From the IMG/VR virus record IMGVR_UViG_3300027877_000013, positions 1-33,869 of that record: a stretch of DNA of 33,869 nt; one strand, given 5' to 3'. Below are positions 7,154 to 15,637 of the stretch, piece after piece (position 1 is the first letter of the stretch; each line of letters starts with the position of its first letter). The notes under the pieces were generated by a model. It did no database searches and had not been told where the DNA came from. It worked only from the letters and a program-made list of their open reading frames with translations. Origin of the DNA: a virus. Lineage: Duplodnaviria > Caudoviricetes. Position numbers and translations under genes: made by a program.

Positions 7154-7179
7154 GACCTCGGAGGGGGATTCGTCGGTAA
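7154..7179 (+). promoter_or_regulatory. putative late promoter GACC-N16-CGGTAA (terminase)
   Basis: Exact match 1 of 5; 9 nt before TerS ATG. Confidence 0.8.
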
Positions 7180-7188
7180 CACATCTAT

Positions 7189-7596
7189 ATGGACAAAGCG
7201 ATACAAAGCGAACCAACCAGGGATGAACGTGGCTTCTTCCTTCCAGGCCGGGCCCCAAAGAGTCCTGGCGCCCCAAAGCTGAGCGATGGGCAGAAGCGGG
7301 CCCGTCGGGCCATCAAGAAAGCGCTAGAGCCGCTACAGGGCACCTTGCTTGAGCAATTTCATCAACTCATCGGTCAAGCAGTCCCGCGCCTACAATCCAT
7401 ACTGGCCGACCCAAGCACGCCAGCTCGAGACATCCTTGCTTGCTTGGAGTTCGTCTCGCAATACACCTTGCCGAAACCTACATCCAAGTCAGAAATCACT
7501 CAGACGGTTTCCGTGTCCAACATCAACCCCGAGAACCTGTCGACAGCCGAGATCTCTATCATGCTTGCTCTTGACGCCAAACTCCAAAGCAAGTAA
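7189..7596 (+). CDS. terS: putative terminase small subunit
   Basis: RDERGFFLPG...SPGAPK N-terminal motif; TAATG coupling to TerL. Confidence 0.75.
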   Translation: MDKAIQSEPTRDERGFFLPGRAPKSPGAPKLSDGQKRARRAIKKALEPLQGTLLEQFHQLIGQAVPRLQSILADPSTPARDILACLEFVSQYTLPKPTSKSEITQTVSVSNINPENLSTAEISIMLALDAKLQSK

Positions 7597-9020
7597 TGCG
7601 CCCTCTGTCCCCCCAAGACCGGCTCAAGCTCGAATCATCTCTGTACAAGAGAAGTTTCGAAGACTTCGTTCGTGCCGCTTGGTCCTACGTCTGTTCTGAA
7701 CCGATGGTGACAGAGCTTCCCCAGAAAGTCATCGCCCTTCACCTCCAAGCCATACAAGACGGCAAGTTCCCAGATGTACACACATTGACGATCTCTCTCC
7801 CCCCAGGGCAATCCAAGTCCCTAACAACGTCTGTCCTATATCCGGCATGGGTATGGGCGTCAAAGCCGTCTACCTCATTCATTTGCGTCACCCACGGACA
7901 GACCTTGACCCAAAGGTTCGCTACCAGGTTTCGTGCTTTGATTGAATCCCCCTGGTATCAAGCTCACTTCGACCTCAAGTTCACTGAAGACACAAACAAT
8001 AAATCGGCCATGAGAAACACAAATATGGGCGAACGCCTGGTTGCCACCCCAAGTTCGGCTACGGGAAATCACGCTGACGTCCATATAGTCGATGACTTGG
8101 TAGATGCGAGTGAAGCTGACAACCCAGACGCCCTCCAAGCGGCCAACGACTGGTATGACCAGGTCTTGTCAACACGCGCAAAAGATGCCAACAAACTCTC
8201 ATCGATTGTGATCGCTCAGAGACTCGCTTGTAATGATATTATTGGACACCTCGAGTCCCGCCCTACCACCATCAAATTGTCCCTGCCAGCCGTGCTAGAT
8301 GGGGCACCTTGCGAAACTCCCGCGTGGACCGACCCGAGACAGCCAGGCGAACTCCTCGCCCCAATCCGGCTCCCACAGGCGGTTCTCGACTCACGCAAAA
8401 TAGCACTCGGATCTCATCACTTTGAGAGCCAATACCAGCAACGCCCAGTAGCACGGACAGGCGGAATCGTCCAGGCGACATGGCTACAACACCAATACGA
8501 CACCCTGCCCAAGTTTGACAAGACTGCATTGGTTATCGACTGCGCGAATACCGGCCTAGATGATCCGACGTGTATTCTCGTCGTAGGCGTCAAGGGGCCG
8601 AAGCTGTATCTCATGGATTGTCTTACCAAGAGAATGGATTTCCCGACTCTCATCGCATCCATCAACCAGTATCGAACCACCTACAACCCGACTGAGATCC
8701 TAATTGAAGCCGCGTCATCCGGGCATGCCGCCATTCAAACACTTCGGCAATCGTTCTCCAACGTCATTGACCTCAAGCCCCTTGGCTCGAAAACTGAGCG
8801 ACTTTCAAGCGCCACCCCATCTCTAGAGTCAGGGTCAGTTCTCTTCCCTCCACAGGGCGCATGGGTCAAAGACTTCCAAGAAGAGGTCACCGCCTTCCCA
8901 TACGCCAAACATGATGAACGGGTTGATTGTCTTTCTTACGCCGTCAACAGATTCCTTACCAGTGGCCCAAGCACACTCGCAATGCTTATGGGGTACGCAG
9001 CCGCAGCAAAACGAATGTAA
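7596..9020 (+). CDS. terL: terminase large subunit
   Basis: Walker A-like ISLPPGQSKS, Walker B HIVDD, SQYQQRP linker, nuclease motifs VID, IEAASSG, FPYAKHDERVD. Confidence 0.95.
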   Translation: MRPLSPQDRLKLESSLYKRSFEDFVRAAWSYVCSEPMVTELPQKVIALHLQAIQDGKFPDVHTLTISLPPGQSKSLTTSVLYPAWVWASKPSTSFICVTHGQTLTQRFATRFRALIESPWYQAHFDLKFTEDTNNKSAMRNTNMGERLVATPSSATGNHADVHIVDDLVDASEADNPDALQAANDWYDQVLSTRAKDANKLSSIVIAQRLACNDIIGHLESRPTTIKLSLPAVLDGAPCETPAWTDPRQPGELLAPIRLPQAVLDSRKIALGSHHFESQYQQRPVARTGGIVQATWLQHQYDTLPKFDKTALVIDCANTGLDDPTCILVVGVKGPKLYLMDCLTKRMDFPTLIASINQYRTTYNPTEILIEAASSGHAAIQTLRQSFSNVIDLKPLGSKTERLSSATPSLESGSVLFPPQGAWVKDFQEEVTAFPYAKHDERVDCLSYAVNRFLTSGPSTLAMLMGYAAAAKRM

Positions 9021-9053
9021 CAACGTAGTACCGAAGTAAGAAAGAAGGACACA

Positions 9054-10400
9054 ATGTCGCAAAACAAATATAAGCAGTGGTGTAAGTCGAAGGTTGATGC
9101 ATGGGTTTCCACGTTGACTGGAAGTGGAACATCGGCAGACAAGACTGCATCGTTCCAGGCGTATGCGTATGTCCTCAGTTCAACGTCTGCCAAGAACCTC
9201 TACCGTGCGTCTGGTACGGCAAAGGTAATCGTCGACCTCCCTACAGAGGAAGCATGTCGAGCCGGATATGAAATCCAAATCCCGTCTGACCCGAAGCTTG
9301 CCGCGAGTCTTCAGTCGAGGATGGAAACGCTCAAAGCGCCCGAAGCTCTCCAAGAGGCTCTCAGACTCGCCAGGATGACGGGTGGTTCAATCATCTATAT
9401 GGCTACAGACGACTCCGATCCGAGCAAGCCACTCATGCCTAAGAGCAAGATCAAGGCACTCAAAGTCTTCGGCGCGGGTGATGCAACGGCTACCAACGAA
9501 TACACAGCAAGCATTGACTCGCCCAACTTCGGACTTCCAGCCATCTACTCGATTGACGCTGTTCTGCCTGGTGTTTCTCTTGACATCAATCGCATTCATT
9601 ACACTCGATGTCTCCGAATGTCGGCTCCGGTTGTCGACTTCAACGATCGTATCCGTCGCCAGGGCTTCGGTCCTTCTGTCCTCGAGGGCACCAAGGACTC
9701 CATTCAAGCCCAAGAGACTGCCTGTCAGTCGGCCGGTACGTTGATGGTTGATGTCTCCGTTGGCACTCTTTCGATCCCAGGTCTTAAGGCTGCAATGGCA
9801 TCGGCTACAGAGAATAATATTGATGGATTGAACCTTATTACATCTAGACTTCAAATGATGGATAAGACCAGGTCGGTACACCACTCGCTAGTTCTAGATG
9901 CTGGCGATGGGATTAATCCAGGCGAGACATTCACTCGAGTCGCCACCCCGCTGACGGGAATCCCGGAAATCCTCGACAGGTTGGCCCAGAAGACGTCTCA
10001 AGACTCTCGCATCCCCCTCAGCATATTGCAGGGTACCGGGGCAACAGGTCTGCTCAATAACGGGTCTGCAAGTGAGAAGGCGTTCCAAGCGTACGTCCAG
10101 ACGATCCAGGTCCAATACCTCCGCCCCTGCATTGAGCGATTGGTGGCGGTCCTCACGGGAATTCAAGAGCCAGACGCGTACACCATTACCTTCCGCCCGC
10201 TCGCCGTCCCCTCCGCCAAGGAACAGGCTGAAACGAACAACATTCAAGCTCAAGCGGATTGCAATTACGTCCTCAATGGCGTCTTGACTGCGAATGAGGT
10301 CCGCGCTTCCAGGTTCTCTGACAGGGCTTCGTTGACTACCACAGTCGAAGACGTCGAGCTTCCAGAGGTCACTGAAGAGACAGAATCTCAGGTTGCTTAA
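9054..10400 (+). CDS. portal protein (DUF1073-type)
   Basis: Follows TerL; KVIVDLPTEE, ARMTGGS, SPNFGLP, RIHYTR, RIPLSILQGTGATGL, Q..YLRP.IERL motifs. Confidence 0.9.
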   Translation: MSQNKYKQWCKSKVDAWVSTLTGSGTSADKTASFQAYAYVLSSTSAKNLYRASGTAKVIVDLPTEEACRAGYEIQIPSDPKLAASLQSRMETLKAPEALQEALRLARMTGGSIIYMATDDSDPSKPLMPKSKIKALKVFGAGDATATNEYTASIDSPNFGLPAIYSIDAVLPGVSLDINRIHYTRCLRMSAPVVDFNDRIRRQGFGPSVLEGTKDSIQAQETACQSAGTLMVDVSVGTLSIPGLKAAMASATENNIDGLNLITSRLQMMDKTRSVHHSLVLDAGDGINPGETFTRVATPLTGIPEILDRLAQKTSQDSRIPLSILQGTGATGLLNNGSASEKAFQAYVQTIQVQYLRPCIERLVAVLTGIQEPDAYTITFRPLAVPSAKEQAETNNIQAQADCNYVLNGVLTANEVRASRFSDRASLTTTVEDVELPEVTEETESQVA

Positions 10401-10517
10401 AACGCTTTCCAACACAGGTTCTGAACCCAATGCATAGACAACCACCCAATAAATACGGTATGTTGTCGAGTTGGTTGGGTTCACTTCCGCCTGACCCCAT
10501 AGCCCAAAAGGTCCACC

Positions 10518-11309
10518 ATGCGACGTCAACCCAAGCAAATCATTCCAAGACATCCGGATCTATCGGCGCAGAAGTATTACAAGCGCACCTTGCCGCTCCT
10601 CAAGCACCTTCATCAAGTTACTGTCACTAACCTCAAGCCGGCGCTCGACTGGTATAGGGTTGCCCGAGAACTCGAAGTCACCCAAGACGCCTACCTCGAC
10701 TCTTCTCCCAGGTTCTTCCGCAAGGCAAAGGAGAAGTTCCAGACTCAACTCCTCAAAGCCCAGCAAGAGGCGACTTGGAGCAACCAGAGTGTGGCTAAGG
10801 TAGTCAAGCCGTCTTATACAGACACACTGTCGGTAGCCCGTGGCAACCTCATGCGTCAACGCATCTTGATGCCGCACCCCGATCCAAAGCACGTGGCTCA
10901 ATACCTACAACAGAACATTGAGCTCATTCAAACCATACCACAGCGCTCTTTCTCTACACTCGCCCGGATGCTTGACAAGCACATTGAGGGCAACGCGACA
11001 GTCGAAACACTGGCGGCAACCATCGAGTCGCGGTATGGAGTGACCGAATCGCAAGCCGCACTCATCGCCAAGGATCAGGTTCAGAAGCTCAATTCCCAAC
11101 TCACGCGCGACGCATATGTTGAAGCAGGGGTTACGAAGGGTGTATGGGTTACCTGCGAAGACGAGCGTGTAAGACCGTCTCACCAAGAAGTCAATGGTAA
11201 AGAGTACGACCTTGAAGAAGGCCTAGAAGTAGACGGTGAACTTACCTTTCCAGGTATGCCCATCAACTGTCGTTGTTTCTGCCAGCCCAACCTTCAAGAC
11301 ATAAAGTAA
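10518..11309 (+). CDS. head morphogenesis protein (Mu gpF / SPP1 gp7-like)
   Basis: ALIAKDQVQKLN, WVTCEDERVRPSH, PGMPINCRC. Confidence 0.92.
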   Translation: MRRQPKQIIPRHPDLSAQKYYKRTLPLLKHLHQVTVTNLKPALDWYRVARELEVTQDAYLDSSPRFFRKAKEKFQTQLLKAQQEATWSNQSVAKVVKPSYTDTLSVARGNLMRQRILMPHPDPKHVAQYLQQNIELIQTIPQRSFSTLARMLDKHIEGNATVETLAATIESRYGVTESQAALIAKDQVQKLNSQLTRDAYVEAGVTKGVWVTCEDERVRPSHQEVNGKEYDLEEGLEVDGELTFPGMPINCRCFCQPNLQDIK

Positions 11310-11330
11310 ACCGATTGTCAACTTCCAATA

Positions 11331-11356
11331 GACCATTAATCGATTCAGTTCGGTAA
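11331..11356 (+). promoter_or_regulatory. putative late promoter GACC-N16-CGGTAA (capsid gene)
   Basis: Exact match 2 of 5; 8 nt before ATG at 11365. Confidence 0.8.
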
Positions 11357-11364
11357 TGGTGTAT

Positions 11365-13527
11365 ATGACAGTCGTTCGGCGGGTTGACCGCAAGATCAAA
11401 TGTGACACAACGCGCCTTGACAACGGCGCTCTGCAAGCTACAGCCAGAATCACGCGTGTAGGAGTGTTTAACTACATCCTCCCCGACGGGACACTCTCGC
11501 GTGAGTGGCGTAGCCCAGCGGTTGTCATGGATGCTCAGAGTCTTGCCACCATGGAAGCTCAGAGCGTCACCCTGAATCACCCGGTGACTGGCTGGGTTGA
11601 TGGAAGCAATTACCGCATGGAAACACGCGGTACCGTGACTGACGTCCACCCTTCGTCTGACCTGGGTTGGGTTGAGGCCACGGTTCGAATCGTCGACGCG
11701 GAAGCGCTTCAAGCCGTACAGAATGGCCAAGTCGAGCTCAGTTGCGGTTATACGTGCACTCGGACTCCGACGCCTGGCCTCCAAGTATTCGACCCGGTGA
11801 CTCAAGAGAACATTGTCTGTGATGCCACCATTACAGACATTCGATACAATCACCTAGCAATCGTTGATCAGGCAAGAGCCGGTCATGGCGCCAGATTGCT
11901 TCTAGATGCAGCCCAAGACATTGGAGTTGAAATGGACAAGACCGACAAGATTGAAGAGCGTGAAGGTAAGTGGGTTGTGCTGTCGATGTCTGGCGAAGTT
12001 CTCGGTACTCATCCTACTAAGGAAGAGGCGGAAGCCCAACTCCGTGCCATCGAAGCCAGCAAGCATGCAGAAGACGCTTGCAAGGCCAAGAAGGATGAAG
12101 CCTCCCAAGAATGTATGGAAACCATCGAGCCTAAGAGCGATGTTCTCCCTATCGCCTCTATCGAAGTACCCCCAGAAGTCGTTGAAGAACTGGTGACCAA
12201 GGATGAAGCCGACAAGGCTCTCCAAGACCTCCAAGCCAAGCTCGATTCGCTGACTGAGCAACACGCCAAGCTTTCTAGCCCTGGCCACCTGGAAGCTCTT
12301 GCTACTCAACTTCTCGATGCCAAGTCTAAGGCCCAACTTCTTGACGTCAAGGTTGACGGACTAGACCTCAATGGCATCCATAAAGCCGTCGTTAGCAGTC
12401 AGCACCCAACCCTCAAACTCGATGGTTTTACAACCACACAGATTTCAGACTTGTTCAACGCAGTCCAACCACAACCCAAGAATGACTGCGTTGAACGTAC
12501 TGTCATTCTTGACCAAAAGGATGTAACCCATATGGAACCCAAGAAGATTTACGTTGACGTTGCAGAGAAGATGAACCTCAACCTCCCCAAGAACGTCAAG
12601 CTTGACAACACGACTCTCTTCACAGCGGCCGAGTTGACCCAGGTTGAGCAGAAGTTCATCGCGGCCAAGCGCCCGGTGTTCGTGTCGAGCGTGATTCCCA
12701 CACAGACCGCCGACGAAGGTGCAGACACCTATAGCTTCACCGTGTATTCGATGAACAACGCGAGCGACCAGACGGCAGACGGCGTGTCCCTGACTGCAAG
12801 CGCTCTGACTGGCACAAACCAGACAGAAGTCATTGTTCAGTACCGCGATCAGTTCCAGGTTCTTGACCAAGAGATCCGCCAGAGTGTTATGACGGGCCGA
12901 CCGGTTGAGGGTCAGGGCGTTGTGCAGGCCAAGTTCAATCTCGTCGAGCGTCTCGATAAGATGGCGCTTGTTGGTGACGGTACGCGTCTTGGTCTTCTTA
13001 ACGCGGCTTCCGTGACTGGCTATGTGATCCCTGCCGACGGTTCGGGTACGAGCGCTCTTTGGTCTACCAAGACCGCGGCTCTCATGATCCGTGACATGGC
13101 TGGCACGATCGAGGCTCTCAAGACGGGCAGTAATGGTAACTACACTGCAACCCACCTGTTCATCGGCTCGGCTCGCCTTGCGACGCTTCGCCAGACTGTG
13201 CACTCGGATTACACTGCGAAGTCGATTCTCAATGTGTTCGCTGAGATGTACCCCAGCGTTCAAATTGTGGAAGTCCTCGAGAACTACATGCACACGACCC
13301 CTGTGACCGTGACTGCAACCGCTGGCAAGCTTAGCCAGCGTCTAGTTGCGGCCGACCTCTCGAACTCCGAGAACGTGGCTCGCGTTGTGGCTCTTGAGCC
13401 CGCCGTGACCCAAGTGAACAATATCGACAACAGCACCAAGTATGAAGTCAAGGTTCGCATGGGTGGCACGATTGTCCGCCAGCTGACTGCGGTGTGCATC
13501 GGTCTGCCAGCGAGCGGGGGTATCTAG
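11365..13527 (+). CDS. fused DUF2213-type maturation protease, scaffold and major capsid protein (DUF2184-like)
   Basis: N-term ITRVGVFNY, VTLNHP, ELSCGY, IRYNHLAIVDQARAG; acidic coiled-coil middle; C-term FTAAELTQVE...IPTQTADEGADTYSF, ALVGD...GLLNA, RMGGTIVRQ. Start moved from 11356 to 11365 because the first ATG overlaps the promoter motif. Confidence 0.88.
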   Translation: MTVVRRVDRKIKCDTTRLDNGALQATARITRVGVFNYILPDGTLSREWRSPAVVMDAQSLATMEAQSVTLNHPVTGWVDGSNYRMETRGTVTDVHPSSDLGWVEATVRIVDAEALQAVQNGQVELSCGYTCTRTPTPGLQVFDPVTQENIVCDATITDIRYNHLAIVDQARAGHGARLLLDAAQDIGVEMDKTDKIEEREGKWVVLSMSGEVLGTHPTKEEAEAQLRAIEASKHAEDACKAKKDEASQECMETIEPKSDVLPIASIEVPPEVVEELVTKDEADKALQDLQAKLDSLTEQHAKLSSPGHLEALATQLLDAKSKAQLLDVKVDGLDLNGIHKAVVSSQHPTLKLDGFTTTQISDLFNAVQPQPKNDCVERTVILDQKDVTHMEPKKIYVDVAEKMNLNLPKNVKLDNTTLFTAAELTQVEQKFIAAKRPVFVSSVIPTQTADEGADTYSFTVYSMNNASDQTADGVSLTASALTGTNQTEVIVQYRDQFQVLDQEIRQSVMTGRPVEGQGVVQAKFNLVERLDKMALVGDGTRLGLLNAASVTGYVIPADGSGTSALWSTKTAALMIRDMAGTIEALKTGSNGNYTATHLFIGSARLATLRQTVHSDYTAKSILNVFAEMYPSVQIVEVLENYMHTTPVTVTATAGKLSQRLVAADLSNSENVARVVALEPAVTQVNNIDNSTKYEVKVRMGGTIVRQLTAVCIGLPASGGI

Positions 13528-13614
13528 ACCCAAGTTGTAGAGGATCGGCTGTCCAAACAACAGCCTTCCTCTCCTCAATCGCAACCGGTCCCTCCTCCCG
13601 GTTGCTGGTTGGGT
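13528..13614 (+). ncRNA. structured 3' UTR or candidate small RNA after the capsid gene
   Basis: Closing helix ACCCAA/TTGGGT enclosing AGAGGA-GGCTGT/ACAGCC-TCCTCT and GCAACCGG/CCGGTTGC hairpins; no family recognised. Confidence 0.35.
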
Positions 13615-13669
13615 GATTTTCTTGACGGTAAGTGTCAAGGCAATCATCGAGCCATGGTATACTGGACGA

Positions 13670-14257
13670 ATGCTAATTAACCGAAGTCAACATTGTAACA
13701 ATACCCAAGTCGAACGATTTAACTCTCACATCACCCATGAACCGAATACAGGCTGTTGGTTGTGGACTGGTTGTGTAACGATTCCGGTCAAGAGAAAGTC
13801 TGGCAATTACTCACAAGGTGGATACGGGTTGTTTCAGAATGGGAAGAAGTTGGTATTGGCCCATCGCTTCGCACTACAATCGCAAATGGTGGACCTTCTG
13901 TCTACAGATAGAAAACAGATGGTAGACCATACATGCCACACTCGAAGTTGCGTCAATCCATCTCACCTTCGCCTAGTGAGCGCCAAAGAGAATAGAAAGA
14001 ATCTGACAGATACAGGGGCAAAGACCCTGAGAGAAAACGGCCTCAAGAATACTAAGAATCTACTTCGAACCGGATCTGGTGTGTATGGGGAAGCATCGGC
14101 GCATAAGTTGTCAGACGTCGAAGTTGCAGAAATCCGCACGCAATATGCTACTGGCTCTTACACTCTACAGGACCTAGCAGACCAATATAGGTGTGGAACA
14201 TCACAAGTCAGCAGAATAGTCAACAACAAATCTCGATGCAAAGTCTTCGCACGATAA
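13670..14257 (+). CDS. HNH homing endonuclease with C-terminal HTH
   Basis: EPNTGCWLWTG, GYG, LAHRFA, VDHTCHTRSCVNPSHL...ENRKN; KLSDVEVAEIR...TLQDLADQY...SQVSRIVN; ATG at 13670 is 6 nt after TGGTATACT. Confidence 0.92.
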   Translation: MLINRSQHCNNTQVERFNSHITHEPNTGCWLWTGCVTIPVKRKSGNYSQGGYGLFQNGKKLVLAHRFALQSQMVDLLSTDRKQMVDHTCHTRSCVNPSHLRLVSAKENRKNLTDTGAKTLRENGLKNTKNLLRTGSGVYGEASAHKLSDVEVAEIRTQYATGSYTLQDLADQYRCGTSQVSRIVNNKSRCKVFAR

Positions 14258-14266
14258 AGGATCCCA

Positions 14267-14617
14267 ATGGCCGCAATCACTAAGACCGAATGCCTGGCCA
14301 TCTCTACAGAGTTTACCGCTGTAGACGATGGAACTTGGACAACCTTCCTCGCGATGAGTTTGTCAAGGATGAACTCGGCTGTATGGGGAACCAAGTTGAA
14401 CATGGGTCAGGCGATACTCACGTGTCACCTGTTGAAGTCTCTCGGCTTTGGTGTCGCGGCGTACGCCAACACGGGCAAGATGTCAAGCGGCAACACCACC
14501 CCCCAAACCGATTCCCAAGACCTCGACTCAACCGTCTACGGCCGAACGTTCAAGGCCCTTCGAGATGAAGTCAGTGTAGCTTCCGGCGGATTGGTGTGGG
14601 ATGGGGTTTCGGCGTAA
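14267..14617 (+). CDS. head-tail adaptor (DUF4054-like)
   Basis: EF..VDD, WG......ILTCHLL, LDSTVYGRTF; AAAGGA RBS. Confidence 0.82.
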   Translation: MAAITKTECLAISTEFTAVDDGTWTTFLAMSLSRMNSAVWGTKLNMGQAILTCHLLKSLGFGVAAYANTGKMSSGNTTPQTDSQDLDSTVYGRTFKALRDEVSVASGGLVWDGVSA

Positions 14618-15075
14618 TGGTAATCAAGTCAAATCGACTCCCTCAACTTTCGAAGCAGCTCGCCAAACTTGCTGACAAGAAGTTGCAGGTAGGTGTCTTT
14701 GATTCCGATCCACGTCAAGGCGAAGACATCTCGAATGCCGAACTCGCCATCATTCATACATACGGGACTGAGACTCTTCCGGCACGCCCCTTCATCGAAC
14801 CCGCGCTGAAGTCTCATAAGCAGCAATACGCCATCGCCCTCAAAGCGCTTTGCGCTAAGGCCGTCAAAGAAGCGGCCACCAAAGGTGTCGACCCCAACGC
14901 CGAGACTCTCCTAGCCAGCCTTGCAGGTCGCGCCATCAATGACGTTAAGACGTTCATCAAACAGAACAAAGTCAAGCCCCCGGATACCGAAGAAACCAAA
15001 CAGCGTAAGGGCTCGGACATCACCTTAATCGATTCAGGACAACTTGTCAACTCAATCGAAGGTAGGATAGTGTAA
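14617..15075 (+). CDS. neck / tail-completion protein (virion morphogenesis family)
   Basis: LQVGV, AELAIIHTYGTETLPARPFIEP, LIDSGQLVNSI; TAATG coupling. Confidence 0.82.
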   Translation: MVIKSNRLPQLSKQLAKLADKKLQVGVFDSDPRQGEDISNAELAIIHTYGTETLPARPFIEPALKSHKQQYAIALKALCAKAVKEAATKGVDPNAETLLASLAGRAINDVKTFIKQNKVKPPDTEETKQRKGSDITLIDSGQLVNSIEGRIV

Positions 15076-15626
15076 TGGCGATTCCGACATATGCACAAAT
15101 CGAAGATACCATTCAGGCCGCAGTCGCCGCAGGTACCGGGATTGCTGGCAACCAGGTCCGATGGGCTAACCAGACAGAGCCCAACCAATTGTCCAACACA
15201 TCGACATATGCGACGTTGAACGTGACGAGCATGGAACTCGGACCACCGTCATGGTCTCAAGTCGTAGGTGTCACCAACCTCACCCAATCGGCAACCTCTG
15301 AACTTTACTTGGAACTCGACATTCAAATCTTCAACCATACGGCGACAGGCATCAACTGCGCCATGGCTCGTCTGGCCCACCTGGCGAATTACTTCCAACT
15401 TCAGACAACCATCGACACATTAAACTTGTCTTACATCTCGTTATATCCTGGTGTCGCTCAACACATACCAGTCTCATACCAGACCAAATACTTGGACCGA
15501 GCGGTAATGAGAATTACAGTGACTTCGCTCATTACAACCTCTTCCACTGCGCCTTGGATCAATGACGTCCAAGGGGATTTGACCGTAACTCACGTCGACG
15601 GTACCCACAACCACTACCCAATCTAG
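15075..15626 (+). CDS. putative tail terminator / neck protein
   Basis: VRWANQTEP...YATL...LDIQIF...RAVMRI; directly before sheath. Confidence 0.7.
   Translation: MAIPTYAQIEDTIQAAVAAGTGIAGNQVRWANQTEPNQLSNTSTYATLNVTSMELGPPSWSQVVGVTNLTQSATSELYLELDIQIFNHTATGINCAMARLAHLANYFQLQTTIDTLNLSYISLYPGVAQHIPVSYQTKYLDRAVMRITVTSLITTSSTAPWINDVQGDLTVTHVDGTHNHYPI
15482..15507 (+). promoter_or_regulatory. putative late promoter GACC-N16-CGGTAA (sheath/tube), inside the upstream gene
   Basis: Exact match 3 of 5; ~130 nt before the sheath start. Confidence 0.7.
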
Positions 15627-15637
15627 GGGAATAACCC

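Noticed and set aside
9054-10400. Possible anti-CBASS (Acb1) label attached to DUF1073-type proteins
   Set aside because: Position between TerL and MuF and the motifs indicate a portal; no paired HxT/S 2H-phosphoesterase domain is evident.
12445-13293. 282-aa antisense ORF over the capsid domain (likewise 16984..17946 and 9894..10553)
   Set aside because: Shadow frames from codon bias of well-supported plus-strand genes.
13527-13631. Additional late promoter copies (GACC-N15-CGGCTG; lone CGGTAA at 13626, also 23354, 28545, 32743)
   Set aside because: Wrong spacing or no GACC at the required distance.
13528-14266. Group I intron around the HNH gene
   Set aside because: Flanking genes appear intact with their own stop and start; non-coding flanks are too short for an intron core.
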